DNA of 64,000 nucleotides from Escherichia coli (lineage in GTDB: Bacteria > Pseudomonadota > Gammaproteobacteria > Enterobacterales > Enterobacteriaceae): assembly GCF_016026235.1 (NCBI RefSeq), contig NZ_CP065613.1. One strand, 5' to 3'. The notes beneath the pieces are model-generated. The model did not search any database and was not told where the DNA came from. It saw only the letters and a program-made list of their open reading frames with translations. Below are positions 41,277 through 52,018 of this stretch, piece by piece. The position numbers were made by a program, and so were the translations under genes. How positions within the stretch are numbered: the first letter of the stretch is position 1; the number at the start of each line of letters is the position of its first letter.

Positions 41277-41383
41277 CTCTGTGTTTATCAGATTGACATC
41301 CTCCTCCCGCCAGTGCCCATCACTGGCGAGGTAAGATTTAACATATCCGGGGATTTGAAGCCGATAAATCCTGATAAATATCC

Positions 41384-41917
41384 ATGAACGTAAAAATCAG
41401 ATATGGCCTGTCGGCTGCCGTTCTGGCACTGATTGCTATCGGTGCGCCTGCGCCTGATATTCTCGACCAGTTTCTGGATGAAAAAGAAGGTAACCACACT
41501 ACGGCATACCGCGATGGTTCCGGCATCTGGACCATCTGTCGGGGTGCCACGATGGTGGATGGTAAACCCGTTTTTCCCGGTATGAAACTGTCGAAGGAAA
41601 AATGCGACCAGGTTAACGCCATTGAACGTGATAAGGCGCTGGCATGGGTGGAGCGCAATATTAAAGTACCACTGACCGAACCACAAAAAGCGGGTATAGC
41701 GTCATTTTGCCCCTATAACATTGGCCCCGGTAAGTGTTTCCCGTCGACGTTTTATAAGCGGCTGAATGCCGGTGATCGTAAGGGCGCATGCGAGGCGATT
41801 CGCTGGTGGATAAAAGATGTTGGGCGCGATTGCCGCATACGTTCAAATAACTGCTATGGACAGGTTATTCGTCGTGACCAGGAAAGCGCATTAGCCTGTT
41901 GGGGGATAGATCAATGA
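41384..41917 (+). CDS. R: SAR endolysin (GH24 lysozyme with N-terminal signal-anchor-release helix)
   Basis: 177 aa; hydrophobic Ala/Gly-rich N-terminus ([15 protein letters not shown]) then lysozyme catalytic region. Confidence 0.85.
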   Translation: MNVKIRYGLSAAVLALIAIGAPAPDILDQFLDEKEGNHTTAYRDGSGIWTICRGATMVDGKPVFPGMKLSKEKCDQVNAIERDKALAWVERNIKVPLTEPQKAGIASFCPYNIGPGKCFPSTFYKRLNAGDRKGACEAIRWWIKDVGRDCRIRSNNCYGQVIRRDQESALACWGIDQ

Positions 41918-42351
41918 GCAGAGTCACCGCGATTATCTCCGCTCTGGTTATCTGCATCATCGTCTGCCTGTCATGGGCTGTTAATCATTACCGTGATAAC
42001 GCCATTACCTACAAAGAGCAGCGCGATAAGGCCACATCCATCATCTCTGATATGCAGAAGCGTCAACGTGATGTAGCAGAACTCGACGCCAGATACACAA
42101 AGGAGCTTGCTGATGCTAACGCGACTATCGAAAGTCTCCGTGCTGATGTTTCTGCTGGTCGTAAGCGCCTGCAAGTCGCCGCCACCTGTGCAAAGTCAAC
42201 GACCGGAGCCAGCAGCATGGGCTATGGAGAAAGCCTAGGACTTACAGCAGATGCTGAACTCAATTATTACCGTCTCCGAAGTGGAATCGACAGGATAACC
42301 GCGCAGGTTAACTACCTGCAGGAATACATCAGGACGCAATGCCTGAAATAA
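41914..42351 (+). CDS. Rz: Spanin, inner-membrane subunit (Rz)
   Basis: ATG overlaps the endolysin stop; N-terminal TM helix then coiled coil. Confidence 0.8.
   Translation: MSRVTAIISALVICIIVCLSWAVNHYRDNAITYKEQRDKATSIISDMQKRQRDVAELDARYTKELADANATIESLRADVSAGRKRLQVAATCAKSTTGASSMGYGESLGLTADAELNYYRLRSGIDRITAQVNYLQEYIRTQCLK
42113..42238 (+). CDS. Rz1: Spanin, outer-membrane lipoprotein subunit (Rz1), embedded in Rz in the +1 frame
   Basis: 41 codons [33 protein letters not shown]... with lipobox-like VSAC and proline-rich mature region. Confidence 0.55.
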   Translation: MLTRLSKVSVLMFLLVVSACKSPPPVQSQRPEPAAWAMEKA

Positions 42352-42553
42352 TTTTTTTGCAAATCACAAAGTCAATTTAATGAGCCTCGCACTTGCGGGG
42401 CTTTTATATGTCCGCAGTAAACCGCGCATCGCAGCGCGTAACAATCCCGAGTCTTTCAGAAAGCTGAGCCTGAGAACTGCCGTATATGGTGGCGACCATC
42501 TCGGGGCGGCTTTTCTGTGCGAACAGGCTCATCTTTCTAAAAGGTAAGACGCT

Positions 42554-42614
42554 ATGAATATCGTTCCACTGAATTACAAAGGCGAACCTATCCGCTTCAA
42601 TACTGATGGCTGGA
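42554..42614 (+). pseudogene. KilA-N/Bro-N domain protein, 5' portion (split by IS600)
   Basis: MNIVPLNYKGEPIRFNTDGW then the IS left end. Confidence 0.55.
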
Positions 42615-42657
42615 TGAGGTGTACTGGCAATAGCGGACACTACCATTTGTTCTTTTT

Positions 42658-43476
42658 TTAAGCAGCCATCTGATGATATTTTTCCCTGAAGGCTGCCGGG
42701 GAGATATTCCCCAGACGAGAGTGACGACGCTGACGATTGTAGAAAATCTCAATGTATTCCCGTATTACTGAGATGGCTTCATCCCGGTTATTAAAACGAT
42801 AGTGGCTCAGGCTCTCATTTTTCAGCGTTCCCCAGAAGCTTTCCATCGGAGCGTTGTCGTAACAGTTACCTTTACGCGACATTGATGTTTTCAGACCAAA
42901 CTGCTCCTGTATGACCCGGTAATCGTATGCGCAGTACTGTGAACCTCGATCAGAGTGGTGGATTAGCCCGGCAGGTGGGCGCTGGCTCCTGAGCGCCATA
43001 AACAGGGCTTTACCTGTCAGCTCTTTTGTCATGCGCTCTCCCATGGCGTAGCCGACAATTTCGCACGTATAAACATCTTTGATGCCAGCGAGGTACAACC
43101 ATCCCTCCTGTGTGGCAACATACGTCAGGTCCGCCACCCAGACCTGATTTGGTGCTGTAGGAGCGAACGTCTGGTTCAGCAGATTTGGCGCAACTGGCAG
43201 ATTGTGGTTCGGGTTCGTAGTCGCTCTGAACTTGCGTTTCTGCTTACAGCGTAGCCTTAGCTCCTTACGAAGACGTGCCAGTCGGTCACGACCAACGATG
43301 ATGCCATTCTCTGCCAGCTCCGTCTGGAGCCGCCGGGTTCCATATGTTTCGCGAGTGCGGATATGTGCCACCTTAATCTCCAGTTTTAGCCGCTCATCAC
43401 TTTGTTTTCTGTCTGAGGGTTCATGCTGTACCCAGTTGTAATAACCGCTCCTGGATACACCAAATACCTGACACAT
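42658..43476 (-). CDS. IS3-family transposase OrfB (DDE integrase domain)
   Basis: 272-aa ORF with DDE motif region; normally expressed as an OrfAB fusion by -1 frameshift. Confidence 0.85.
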   Translation of the reverse strand: MCQVFGVSRSGYYNWVQHEPSDRKQSDERLKLEIKVAHIRTRETYGTRRLQTELAENGIIVGRDRLARLRKELRLRCKQKRKFRATTNPNHNLPVAPNLLNQTFAPTAPNQVWVADLTYVATQEGWLYLAGIKDVYTCEIVGYAMGERMTKELTGKALFMALRSQRPPAGLIHHSDRGSQYCAYDYRVIQEQFGLKTSMSRKGNCYDNAPMESFWGTLKNESLSHYRFNNRDEAISVIREYIEIFYNRQRRHSRLGNISPAAFREKYHQMAA

Positions 43477-43525
43477 CGCTTCAATGGGAAATTGTTGTCG
43501 CCATTGTTCGATTAACGCGTATTTT

Positions 43526-43813
43526 TCAGCGACTCCTGTGCAAAATACGCTGTTGCTTTTTTAATATATCTCGCTCAAGGCGAGCTTCATTTAACGCCTT
43601 ACGCAGTTGCAGAATTTCAGATTCCAGTTCAGCCACCGTGCGGGAGCCAGGAGTACCGAGCCCTTTTCTGGCGGCGGTAACCCATTGTCCTAAAGTGCCT
43701 TCAGGAAGGGATAATCGGGAAGCGCCTTCACTGATCGAAAGTTGATTTTCAAGAACCGTTCTGACAGCTTCGGCTTTGAACTCTTTAGAGTAACGTTGGG
43801 TTTTTCTGCTCAT
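43526..43813 (-). CDS. IS3-family transposase OrfA (HTH)
   Basis: 95 aa with HTH and leucine zipper; slippery TTAAAAAAG near its 3' end. Confidence 0.85.
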   Translation of the reverse strand: MSRKTQRYSKEFKAEAVRTVLENQLSISEGASRLSLPEGTLGQWVTAARKGLGTPGSRTVAELESEILQLRKALNEARLERDILKKQQRILHRSR

Positions 43814-43877
43814 TATTAGCTCCTTCTGATGCCATTCTATTTCAGGAAGGAGTGTCCGTTAAACTCAGGCTACCTCA

Positions 43878-44341
43878 GGATTAATGCCACTGATATTGCA
43901 AAACGTTTCGGGAAGCGTCTGGATCACTGGTTGTCCAACGCTGAAACTCTCGAATACGTTAGAGCTCTGGATGAGGTTTATTCAGGTGAACCATCGAAAA
44001 TTCTACATACCCGTGATTCCGGGTATGTAAAAACAAGCAAGGCACGAAAGGACAGGGGCGGCGGAACATGGCAGCATCCAAAGTTATCAGTTGCCTTTGC
44101 AAGATGGTGCGATCCGAAATTCTCCGTATGGTGCGACCTGCACATTGATAGTCTGCTTCGCGGTGAACTGACTGAGCAGCAGAAATATGAGCAAGCATGT
44201 CGCATTCGCGATGACCGGAAATCAAAAGCCAGCAATGGGGCAAGAGAGATGGCTCGCTGGCGATGGGATAAGCCGGTTATTGAAGCAAATGTCGAGTACT
44301 GGCGCGAGCAACTGCAGTTGACTCTCGATATCGCGTGCTGA
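43878..44341 (+). pseudogene. KilA-N/Bro-N domain protein, 3' portion
   Basis: Continues in frame after the IS and one TSD copy: INATDIAKRFGKRLDHWLSNAETLEYV... Confidence 0.55.
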
Positions 44342-45014
44342 TGGCAAACGCAAAACTGCGTTATCGGAAAAATCAAAGCATTACGAGAACTGAGCAACAG
44401 CTATCCATTACAAAGTCCATCTACGGGTGGGCTTGATAATGGCTTATACCCTACACGGGATAACTTAACTGATATCCCTTTTAACGGATAAAGGTATTCA
44501 GGCCTGACACATCATGCGCTGTATCGTCGCTGTATTCCCGCATTAACCATGACCGTAGCCCGACGGGGAACTCCTTCTGCGCGAGTGTGCGGGAATAATC
44601 AAAAACGATGCACACCGGGTTTTTACCGCGTTTATGGTTCGCGGGTTTGTCCCTCATGCTCGCCAGTCCTGTGCGGGGGTGGAAGAAACAGGACACTTAC
44701 ACTGATTCTTGTGGGTACGATGCTATTCCTTTCTGGATTATCCCGATGTCATTCATGCAGGGCGCTGTATCAGACGTTCGTCATGGCTGTCAGGCTGACG
44801 GGTCCTCCCGGTGGGGTGGCCTGCCACGGGGCGGGAGCGGCGCGGAAAAAGGCTAGTTTTTGAAATTTCATTCGTCATCACCACTACTGTAATGTATTGA
44901 TATTACAGTGGTTTTATTTTTGTGCTGTCGGTTTTGATTGTTTTTTGTTCATCACTAACACCGTTTGCCTAAAGTTGTTCGCAAGATGCATGTTTAAAAC
45001 ATTCTGGAGCGGGT

Positions 45015-45508
45015 ATGGATCGAGAGTTAAAAAATCTGACGCTGAATATCAGTCAACTGGCGGCACTGTCAGGTGTACATCGCCAGACTGCTGCGGCAAG
45101 GCTGCAAAATCTACCCGTTGCAGGGGGCATGAAAGCAACCTCAAGCTTTATCGGGTGGTTGATATTGTGTCGGCATTTCTGGCATTACCACCGCCGGTTG
45201 CAGAAGGCGAAATGGACGCGCATGAGCGCAAAGCCTGGTATCAGTCTGAACGTGAGCGTCTTAAGTTCGAACAGGAAACGGCACAACTCATTCCGGCCAG
45301 TGATGTCAGACGGGAGTTTGCCATCTGGGCAAAAGCGGTCGTGCAGGTGCTGGAGACATTACCGGATATTCTTGAACGTGACTGCGGTCTGCAGCCTGCC
45401 GCTGTGAGCCGTGTTCAGTCCATTATTGATGATCTGCGCGATCAGATAGCCCTGCGGGTGACTGAAGCAGGTGCGGATGATGAGGAGGAATTACAGCAGG
45501 AGGAGTAA
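45015..45508 (+). pseudogene. Terminase small subunit, apparently frameshifted at a G5 run
   Basis: N-terminal HTH part (MDRELKNLTLNISQLAALSGVHRQTAAARLQNLPVAGG) in one frame, acidic C-terminal part ending at 45508 in another; switch near GCAGGGGGCATG about 45125. Confidence 0.5.
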
Positions 45509-47610
45509 TGCTGAATCAGGAAACCGCAAAGGCAGCACGAACCGATTCAGGTTATATCCTTCGCGCACCAAGACGAATGCGGGTTGCTGATGCCGTTGCT
45601 CAGTATATGCGGGTGCCCATGGGGGCAGGGAACTCAGTCCCGTGGGATCCGCTGGTGGCACCGTATGTTATTGAGCCGATGAACTGCCTGGCCTCGCGTG
45701 AATACGACGCAGTGATATTTGTTGGCCCGGCACGAACCGGCAAGACTATCGGCCTGATTGACGGCTGGGTGATTTACAACGTGATTTGCGATCCTGCTGA
45801 TATGCTGATCATTCAGATGACGGAGGAAAAAGCCCGCGAACACTCCAAAAAACGACTCGCCAGAACGTTTCGCGTCAGCCCGGAAGTGGTCAGTCGCCTG
45901 AGTCCGAACAAAAATGACAACAACGTTTATGACAGAACATTCCTTGCTGGCAACTACCTGAAAATCGGCTGGCCGTCAGTCAATATCATGTCCTCATCAG
46001 ATTATAAATGCGTCGCGCTGACGGATTATGACCGTTTTCCGGAAGATATTGATGGTGAGGGGGATGCTTTCTCTCTTGCCTCAAAACGTACCACAACATT
46101 TATGTCCAGTGGTATGACGCTGGTGGAGAGTTCCCCCGGCAGGGATGTGAAGGATGTGAAATGGCGACGGACTTCACCGCATGAGGCTCCACCAACCACG
46201 GGGATACTGTCGCTCTATAACCGTGGCGATCGCCGTCGCTGGTACTGGCCCTGTCCACACTGTGGTGAGTATTTTCAGCCCTGCGGCGATGTGGTTGCTG
46301 GTTTCCGTGATATTGCCGATCCCGTGCTGGCAAGTGAGGCGGCTTATATTCAGTGTCCTTCCTGTTCAGGACGGATTATGCCTGAACAAAAACGTGAGCT
46401 GAACGGACGTGGGGTCTGGTTGCGGGATGGTGAATCCATCAATGCGGATGGCAGTCGTTATGGTGATCCCAGGCGTTCACGTATTGCGTCATTCTGGATG
46501 GAGGGTCCGGCAGCTGCTTACCAGACACTCTCGCAACTCGTTTACAAACTGCTTACTGCAGAACAGGAATACGAGACAACCGGAAGTGAAGAAACACTCA
46601 GGGCGGTTATCAACACCGACTGGGGATTACCTTATCTTCCCCGCGCCAGCATGGAGCAACGAAAAAGTGAACTGCTTGAGCAGCGGGCAGAGCCTGTTCC
46701 TCCCCGCTGCGTGCCGGATGGTGTTAATTTCCTGGCGGCGACAGTGGATGTGCAGGCGGGACGTCATCGCCGTTTTGTGGTTCAGGTAACGGGTTATGGT
46801 TGCCGTGGCGAACGCTGGATTATTGATCGTTACAACATCACGCAGTCATTGCGTTGTGACAACAACGGAGAAAGCCTGCGAATTGATCCTGCTGGTTATC
46901 CTGAGGACTGGGATGTCCTGCTGACGGATGTTTTTCATAAAAGCTGGCCGTTGGCCTCCGATCCTTCTCAACAAATGCGACTGATGGCAATGGCGGTGGA
47001 CTCCGGCGGTGAAGACGGGGTCACTGATAATGCCTATAAATTCTGGCGTCGTTGCCGTCGTGATGGCCTTGGTAAACGTATTTACCTGTTTAAGGGCGAC
47101 AGCATCCGGCGCGCAAAACTGATCACCCGTACATTCCCTGATAACACCGGACGAACGGGCCGACGGGCGCAGGCCGCAGGTGATGTGCCGCTCTGGCTTC
47201 TTCAGACGGATGCCCTGAAAGACCGGGTGAATAACGCGTTATGGCGTGACTCGCCAGGTCCCGGCTATGTGCATTTCCCTGACTGGCTGGGGAGCTGGTT
47301 TTACGACGAACTGACGTATGAAGAGCGGAGCAGTGACGGGAAATGGAGTAAGCCGGGTCGAGGTGCCAACGAAGCTTTTGACCTGATGGTGTATGCCGAG
47401 GCTCTGGTCATTCTGCATGGTTACGAGAAAATTCAGTGGCCGGATGCGCCGGAATGGGCATGCAGGGAAACCTGGCTGGAGCGTGTCAGGGACGATGCCG
47501 GACTGTCAGCCTCGCCGGAGCCGGTATCCGTGTCCGTTAAAAAAAAGAAACGAAAAAAAGTGGTGCCTGATGAAGAAAACCCATGGGTGACTTCCGGAGG
47601 ATGGTTGTGA
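45508..47610 (+). CDS. Terminase large subunit (GpA family)
   Basis: 700 aa; Walker A (VGPARTGKT), large size, position before the portal gene. Confidence 0.9.
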   Translation: MLNQETAKAARTDSGYILRAPRRMRVADAVAQYMRVPMGAGNSVPWDPLVAPYVIEPMNCLASREYDAVIFVGPARTGKTIGLIDGWVIYNVICDPADMLIIQMTEEKAREHSKKRLARTFRVSPEVVSRLSPNKNDNNVYDRTFLAGNYLKIGWPSVNIMSSSDYKCVALTDYDRFPEDIDGEGDAFSLASKRTTTFMSSGMTLVESSPGRDVKDVKWRRTSPHEAPPTTGILSLYNRGDRRRWYWPCPHCGEYFQPCGDVVAGFRDIADPVLASEAAYIQCPSCSGRIMPEQKRELNGRGVWLRDGESINADGSRYGDPRRSRIASFWMEGPAAAYQTLSQLVYKLLTAEQEYETTGSEETLRAVINTDWGLPYLPRASMEQRKSELLEQRAEPVPPRCVPDGVNFLAATVDVQAGRHRRFVVQVTGYGCRGERWIIDRYNITQSLRCDNNGESLRIDPAGYPEDWDVLLTDVFHKSWPLASDPSQQMRLMAMAVDSGGEDGVTDNAYKFWRRCRRDGLGKRIYLFKGDSIRRAKLITRTFPDNTGRTGRRAQAAGDVPLWLLQTDALKDRVNNALWRDSPGPGYVHFPDWLGSWFYDELTYEERSSDGKWSKPGRGANEAFDLMVYAEALVILHGYEKIQWPDAPEWACRETWLERVRDDAGLSASPEPVSVSVKKKKRKKVVPDEENPWVTSGGWL

Positions 47611-47819
47611 ACCAGAATGATATTGAAGCCATGATCCATCGTTATATCAATGCGGAAATGGCAGTGCTGGACGGAAAGTCCATTACTTTTAATGGTCAGC
47701 AGATGACCATGGAAAACTTATCCGAGATCCGACAGGGGCGGCAGGAGTGGGAACGTCGCCTTGCGACTCTGGCTGCGCGGCGACGGGGGACGCCGGGCTA
47801 TAAACTGGCGAGGTTCTGA
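47601..47819 (+). CDS. Head-tail joining protein W-like
   Basis: 72 aa from ATG 47601 with GGAGG upstream; overlaps the terminase stop. Confidence 0.65.
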   Translation: MVVNQNDIEAMIHRYINAEMAVLDGKSITFNGQQMTMENLSEIRQGRQEWERRLATLAARRRGTPGYKLARF

Positions 47820-49324
47820 TGGCAATTCTTGATGATGTGATTGGTGTTTTTTCACCTGGCTGGAAAGCTGCGAGATTGCGCTCAAGGGCATTAATTCGTG
47901 CCTATGAGGCAGTGAAGCCTACTCGTACACATAAAGCCCGGCGGGAAAATCGTTCTGCCGACCAGCTCAGTAAGTACGGTGCAGTTTCCCTGCGGGAGCA
48001 GGCTCGTTTTCTGGACATCAATCATGATCTGGTAATCGGTGTTTTCGACAAACTTGAGGAACGGGTGATTGGTGCAAAAGGGATCGTTGTCGAACCCCAG
48101 CCATTACTGAAGAACGGTGATATAGCCACAGAGCTGGCAATGATTATCCGTCGCTTGTGGGTGGAATGGTCTGTCAGTCCGGATGTGACCGGGCAGTATA
48201 CGCGCCCCATGCTCGAGCGTCTGCTGCTGCGTACCTGGTTACGTGATGGTGAAGTGTTTGCCCAGCTGGTTCGTGGTGCCGGCGGCGGGCTGGTGCGGAC
48301 TGCTGGCGTGCCTTTCTGGATCGAGGCAATGGAGCCGGATTTTGTGCCCATGCTCAGTGATGAATCTGTGGGGTTGAATCAGGGTGTTTTTCTGGATGAC
48401 TGGGGCAGACCGAAAAAATACCTGGTTTATAAAAATCATCCGACTACCGGGCGGCTGAGTGATACCAAAGAGATCGTTGCCGAAAATATGGTGCATCTGA
48501 AATTTACCCGTCGTCTGCATCAGACGCGTGGTACATCCATGTTGTCAGGTGTGCTGATGCGGATCAGTGCGCTTAAGGAATATGAAGATGCTGAGCTGAC
48601 AGCGGCGCGTGTTGCTGCGGCTCTGGGGCTGTATATCCGTAAAGGAGATGGGCAGGATTATGAAGACGCCACGATAAATAAAGATAATGACCGGGAACTG
48701 CATATCACCCCTGGCATTATTTATGACGATTTGCGCAAGGGGGAAGATATTGGCATGGTCAAATCTGATCGGCCCAATCCTAACCTTGAAACTTTTCGTA
48801 ACGGGCAGCTGCGTGCGGTGGCCGCAGGCAGTCGTATGAGTTTTTCCAGTGCGGCGCGCAATTACAACGGTACCTACAGCGCTCAGCGACAGGAGCTGGT
48901 CGAGTCCACTGACGGGTATCTGATCCTGCAGGACTGCTTTATTGGTGCTGTAACCCGTCCCGTGTACCGGACGTGGCTGAACATGGTGGTAGCAGCAGGT
49001 CTGCTGAAAATCCCGTCGGATGTGGATATGAAAACGTTGTGTAACGCAACATATTCCGGTCCGGTCATGCCGTGGATTGATCCGGTTAAGGAGGCTGAGG
49101 CCTGGAAAATCCAGATTCGCGGTGGAGCGGCGACAGAATCAGACTGGGTGCGAGCAGGTGGGCGTAATCCGGATGATGTCAAACGTCGGCGCAAGGCTGA
49201 AATTGATGAAAACCGCAAGCTGGGTCTGATATTTGATACCGATCCGGCCAGTGATAAAGGAGGCAGCAGTGTCGCAACGAAACGACAGGAGCCGCAGCAC
49301 ACCGACGGCCAGTCCGAAGAATAA
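47819..49324 (+). CDS. Portal protein
   Basis: 501 aa; position and size typical of lambda gpB-type portals. Confidence 0.85.
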   Translation: MAILDDVIGVFSPGWKAARLRSRALIRAYEAVKPTRTHKARRENRSADQLSKYGAVSLREQARFLDINHDLVIGVFDKLEERVIGAKGIVVEPQPLLKNGDIATELAMIIRRLWVEWSVSPDVTGQYTRPMLERLLLRTWLRDGEVFAQLVRGAGGGLVRTAGVPFWIEAMEPDFVPMLSDESVGLNQGVFLDDWGRPKKYLVYKNHPTTGRLSDTKEIVAENMVHLKFTRRLHQTRGTSMLSGVLMRISALKEYEDAELTAARVAAALGLYIRKGDGQDYEDATINKDNDRELHITPGIIYDDLRKGEDIGMVKSDRPNPNLETFRNGQLRAVAAGSRMSFSSAARNYNGTYSAQRQELVESTDGYLILQDCFIGAVTRPVYRTWLNMVVAAGLLKIPSDVDMKTLCNATYSGPVMPWIDPVKEAEAWKIQIRGGAATESDWVRAGGRNPDDVKRRRKAEIDENRKLGLIFDTDPASDKGGSSVATKRQEPQHTDGQSEE

Positions 49325-49337
49325 TTCCTGGTTCAGG

Positions 49338-51329
49338 ATGCAGGCAGGTCACCAGAGTGACGCGGATATTTATATTTATGACGAGATTGGTTTCTGGGGT
49401 GTTACGGCGAAGCAGTTTATCAGCGATCTGAATGCACTGGGCGATATCACCCACATTAATCTCCATATCAATTCACCGGGTGGCGATGTCTTTGAAGGCA
49501 TCGCCATTTTTAATGCACTGAAAACACATGGTGCGTCCATTACCGTTTATGTCGACGGTGTGGCGGCATCAATGGCGTCGGTCATTGCGATGGTGGGAAA
49601 CCCGGTCATTATGCCGGAAAACACCTTCATGATGATTCATAAACCATTTGGCTTTACGGGCGGTGATGCGGAGGACATGCGCACCTATGCCGACCTGCTC
49701 GATAAAGTTGAGGCGGTTCTGTTACCCGCTTATGCACAGAAAACCGGGAAAACCACCGATGAAGTTGCTGCCATGCTGGCGGATGAGACCTGGATGTCCG
49801 GTGCCGAATGTCTGGCACATGGATTTGCTGATCAGGTGACGCCAGCCGTTAAGGCAATGGCATGTATTCAGTCAAAACGTACAGAGGAATTTAAAAAGAT
49901 GCCGGAATCCATTCGAAACATGATTACTCCGCCACGCAACAGTGCAACGCGTGAACCTGAAAACAAAAATACTGCATCTCAGACACAGGAGCAGACTACG
50001 GCTCAGGTTGCCACAACCGCGACCACCACAAATGCACCTTCCGCAGATGAAAGCAGTATCCGTGCGCAGGTACTGGCAGAGCAAAAAGCACGTGTGAGTG
50101 GTATTAATGAACTGTTTGGTATGTTTGGCGGGCGTTATCAGACATTGCAGGCCAGTTGTCTTTCCGATCCGGAGTGCTCGCTTGAGCAGGCCCGTGAGAA
50201 ATTACTTAACGAAATGGGTAAGGAATTTTCACCATCAAATAAAAATACCCCGGCCCATATTTATGCCGGAAACGGTAATTTTGTGGGGGACGGGATCCGC
50301 CAGGCGCTGATGGCGCGTGCCGGGTTTGAAAAAACTGAACGTGATAATGTCTACAACGGGATGACCCTGCGTGAATATGCCCGTATGTCACTGACTGAAC
50401 GGGGTATTGGGGTTTCCGGTTATAACCCGATGCAGATGGTCGGGGCAGCGTTCACACACAGTACGTCTGACTTCGGTAATATTCTGCTGGATGTTGCGAA
50501 CAAAGCCATTCTGCAGGGCTGGGAAGATGCCCCTGAAACCTATGAACAGTGGACGCGGAAAGGTCAGCTGTCTGATTTTAAAATTGCCCATCGTGTGGGT
50601 ATGGGGGGCTTCAGTGCTCTGCGTCAGGTGCGTGAAGGAGCGGAATATAAATACGTTACTACCGGAGATAAACAGGCCACGATTGCACTGGCGACCTATG
50701 GTGAACTGTTCAGTATCACCCGTCAGGCCATTATCAACGATGATCTGAATATGCTGACCGATGTCCCGATGAAACTGGGCCGTGCGGCAAAATCCACTAT
50801 TGCCGATCTGGTTTATGCCATTCTGACGTCTAACCCGAAAATCTCCACAGATAATGTAAGTCTGTTCGATAAAGCGAAACATGCAAACGTACTGGAGAGC
50901 GCTGCAATGGACGTGGCATCGCTGGATAAAGCCCGCCAGTTGATGCGTGTTCAGAAAGAGGGTGAGCGTCATCTGAATATTCGTCCTGCGTTCGTACTGG
51001 TACCGACGGCGATGGAGTCTGTTGCTAACCAGGTCATTCGCTCCTCAAGTGTCAAGGGGGCTGACATTAACGCCGGTATTATTAACCCGGTGAAAGATTT
51101 TGCGACCGTTATTGCAGAGCCTCGTCTTGATGATAACAGCCAGACCACCTTCTACCTGGCTGCGTCCAAAGGCTCCGATACGATTGAAGTGGCTTATCTC
51201 AACGGTGTGGATACGCCATATATTGATCAGATGGAGGGCTTCAGTGTGGATGGCGTGACAACGAAAGTGCGTATTGACGCTGGTGTCGCGCCAGTTGATC
51301 ACCGCGGTCTGGTGAAATGTACGGCGTAA
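49338..51329 (+). CDS. Prohead protease / major capsid fusion protein
   Basis: N-terminal ClpP/S49-like protease motifs (SPGGDVFEGIAIFNAL..), C-terminal 300 aa Mu gpT-like capsid domain. Confidence 0.75.
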   Translation: MQAGHQSDADIYIYDEIGFWGVTAKQFISDLNALGDITHINLHINSPGGDVFEGIAIFNALKTHGASITVYVDGVAASMASVIAMVGNPVIMPENTFMMIHKPFGFTGGDAEDMRTYADLLDKVEAVLLPAYAQKTGKTTDEVAAMLADETWMSGAECLAHGFADQVTPAVKAMACIQSKRTEEFKKMPESIRNMITPPRNSATREPENKNTASQTQEQTTAQVATTATTTNAPSADESSIRAQVLAEQKARVSGINELFGMFGGRYQTLQASCLSDPECSLEQAREKLLNEMGKEFSPSNKNTPAHIYAGNGNFVGDGIRQALMARAGFEKTERDNVYNGMTLREYARMSLTERGIGVSGYNPMQMVGAAFTHSTSDFGNILLDVANKAILQGWEDAPETYEQWTRKGQLSDFKIAHRVGMGGFSALRQVREGAEYKYVTTGDKQATIALATYGELFSITRQAIINDDLNMLTDVPMKLGRAAKSTIADLVYAILTSNPKISTDNVSLFDKAKHANVLESAAMDVASLDKARQLMRVQKEGERHLNIRPAFVLVPTAMESVANQVIRSSSVKGADINAGIINPVKDFATVIAEPRLDDNSQTTFYLAASKGSDTIEVAYLNGVDTPYIDQMEGFSVDGVTTKVRIDAGVAPVDHRGLVKCTA

Positions 51330-51353
51330 ACGTCGCAGATAACAACTCTGATG

Positions 51354-51372
51354 GCCCGTAAGGGCTTTTTTT
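51354..51372 (+). terminator. Rho-independent terminator after the capsid gene
   Basis: GCCCGTAAGGGC hairpin followed by TTTTTTT. Confidence 0.5.
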
Positions 51373-51415
51373 GTACCTGAAATCAGCCCCTGAACGGGGC
51401 TGTGCGGAGACAGTT

Positions 51416-51739
51416 ATGGCAAAGAATTTTGTAGAAGAAGGGAAAACGGTGGCGATTGTTGCCAGTGCAGCCATCAGCAGCGGAGATCTGGTGCAGGTGG
51501 GTGATGTTTTTGCGGTGGCGCTGACCGATATTCCACAGGGTGAAACAGGCGACGGCCTGACCGAAGGTGTGTTTATGCTGCCTAAGCTGAAAACGGATGA
51601 CATGAAAACGGGTAAGAAGGTTTTTCTGAAGTCCGGAAAAGTTCAGCTGACTAACAGCGGCTCTGATCCGCTGGTCGGGGTTGTCTGGGCAGATGCCGGA
51701 GCTGGTGCAGAAGAAGTGCCGGTAAAACTCAATGTCTGA
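51416..51739 (+). CDS. DUF2190-like small head protein
   Basis: 107 aa from ATG 51416; Gly/Val-rich. Confidence 0.45.
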   Translation: MAKNFVEEGKTVAIVASAAISSGDLVQVGDVFAVALTDIPQGETGDGLTEGVFMLPKLKTDDMKTGKKVFLKSGKVQLTNSGSDPLVGVVWADAGAGAEEVPVKLNV

Positions 51740-52007
51740 TCCCTTTTCCCGGCTGGCAGCGCGTATGGATGCGATCACGGTCAGAAAGATGGGAAAGATG
51801 GCCTCGATTAATGATGTTTATATGCCTGTGCTCCCGGGAGAAACTCTGGCAGAGCTGAACGCTCTGTCCGGACCGGCGGTCTCTCTGGTGGTGTTTTCTT
51901 CGGGATACCGCCCACGGCGCGGGGACCGCGTTGTTTATGACGGACAACAATGGACGGTCACACGGCATGAACGCTTTAACGGTAAACCAATGATCTTTAT
52001 TGAGTAA
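51732..52007 (+). CDS. Putative head completion / head-tail connector protein
   Basis: 91-aa ORF between head and tail modules. Confidence 0.35.
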   Translation: MSDPFSRLAARMDAITVRKMGKMASINDVYMPVLPGETLAELNALSGPAVSLVVFSSGYRPRRGDRVVYDGQQWTVTRHERFNGKPMIFIE

Positions 52008-52018
52008 AGAGGTGTGGG

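Larger units (their letters stand above)
42615..43877 (-). mobile_element. IS3-family insertion sequence (IS600-like, 1263 bp)
   Basis: Ends TGAGGTGTACTGGCAATAGCGGACAC ... GTGTCCGTTAAACTCAGGCTACCTCA (imperfect terminal inverted repeats), 3-bp target duplication GGA (42612-42614 and 43878-43880), orfA/orfB with A6G slippery site. Confidence 0.8.

Noticed and set aside
44481-44863. ORFs in the GC-rich stretch upstream of the terminase
   Set aside because: No RBS, odd composition, overlapping opposite-strand frames; region more likely non-coding.
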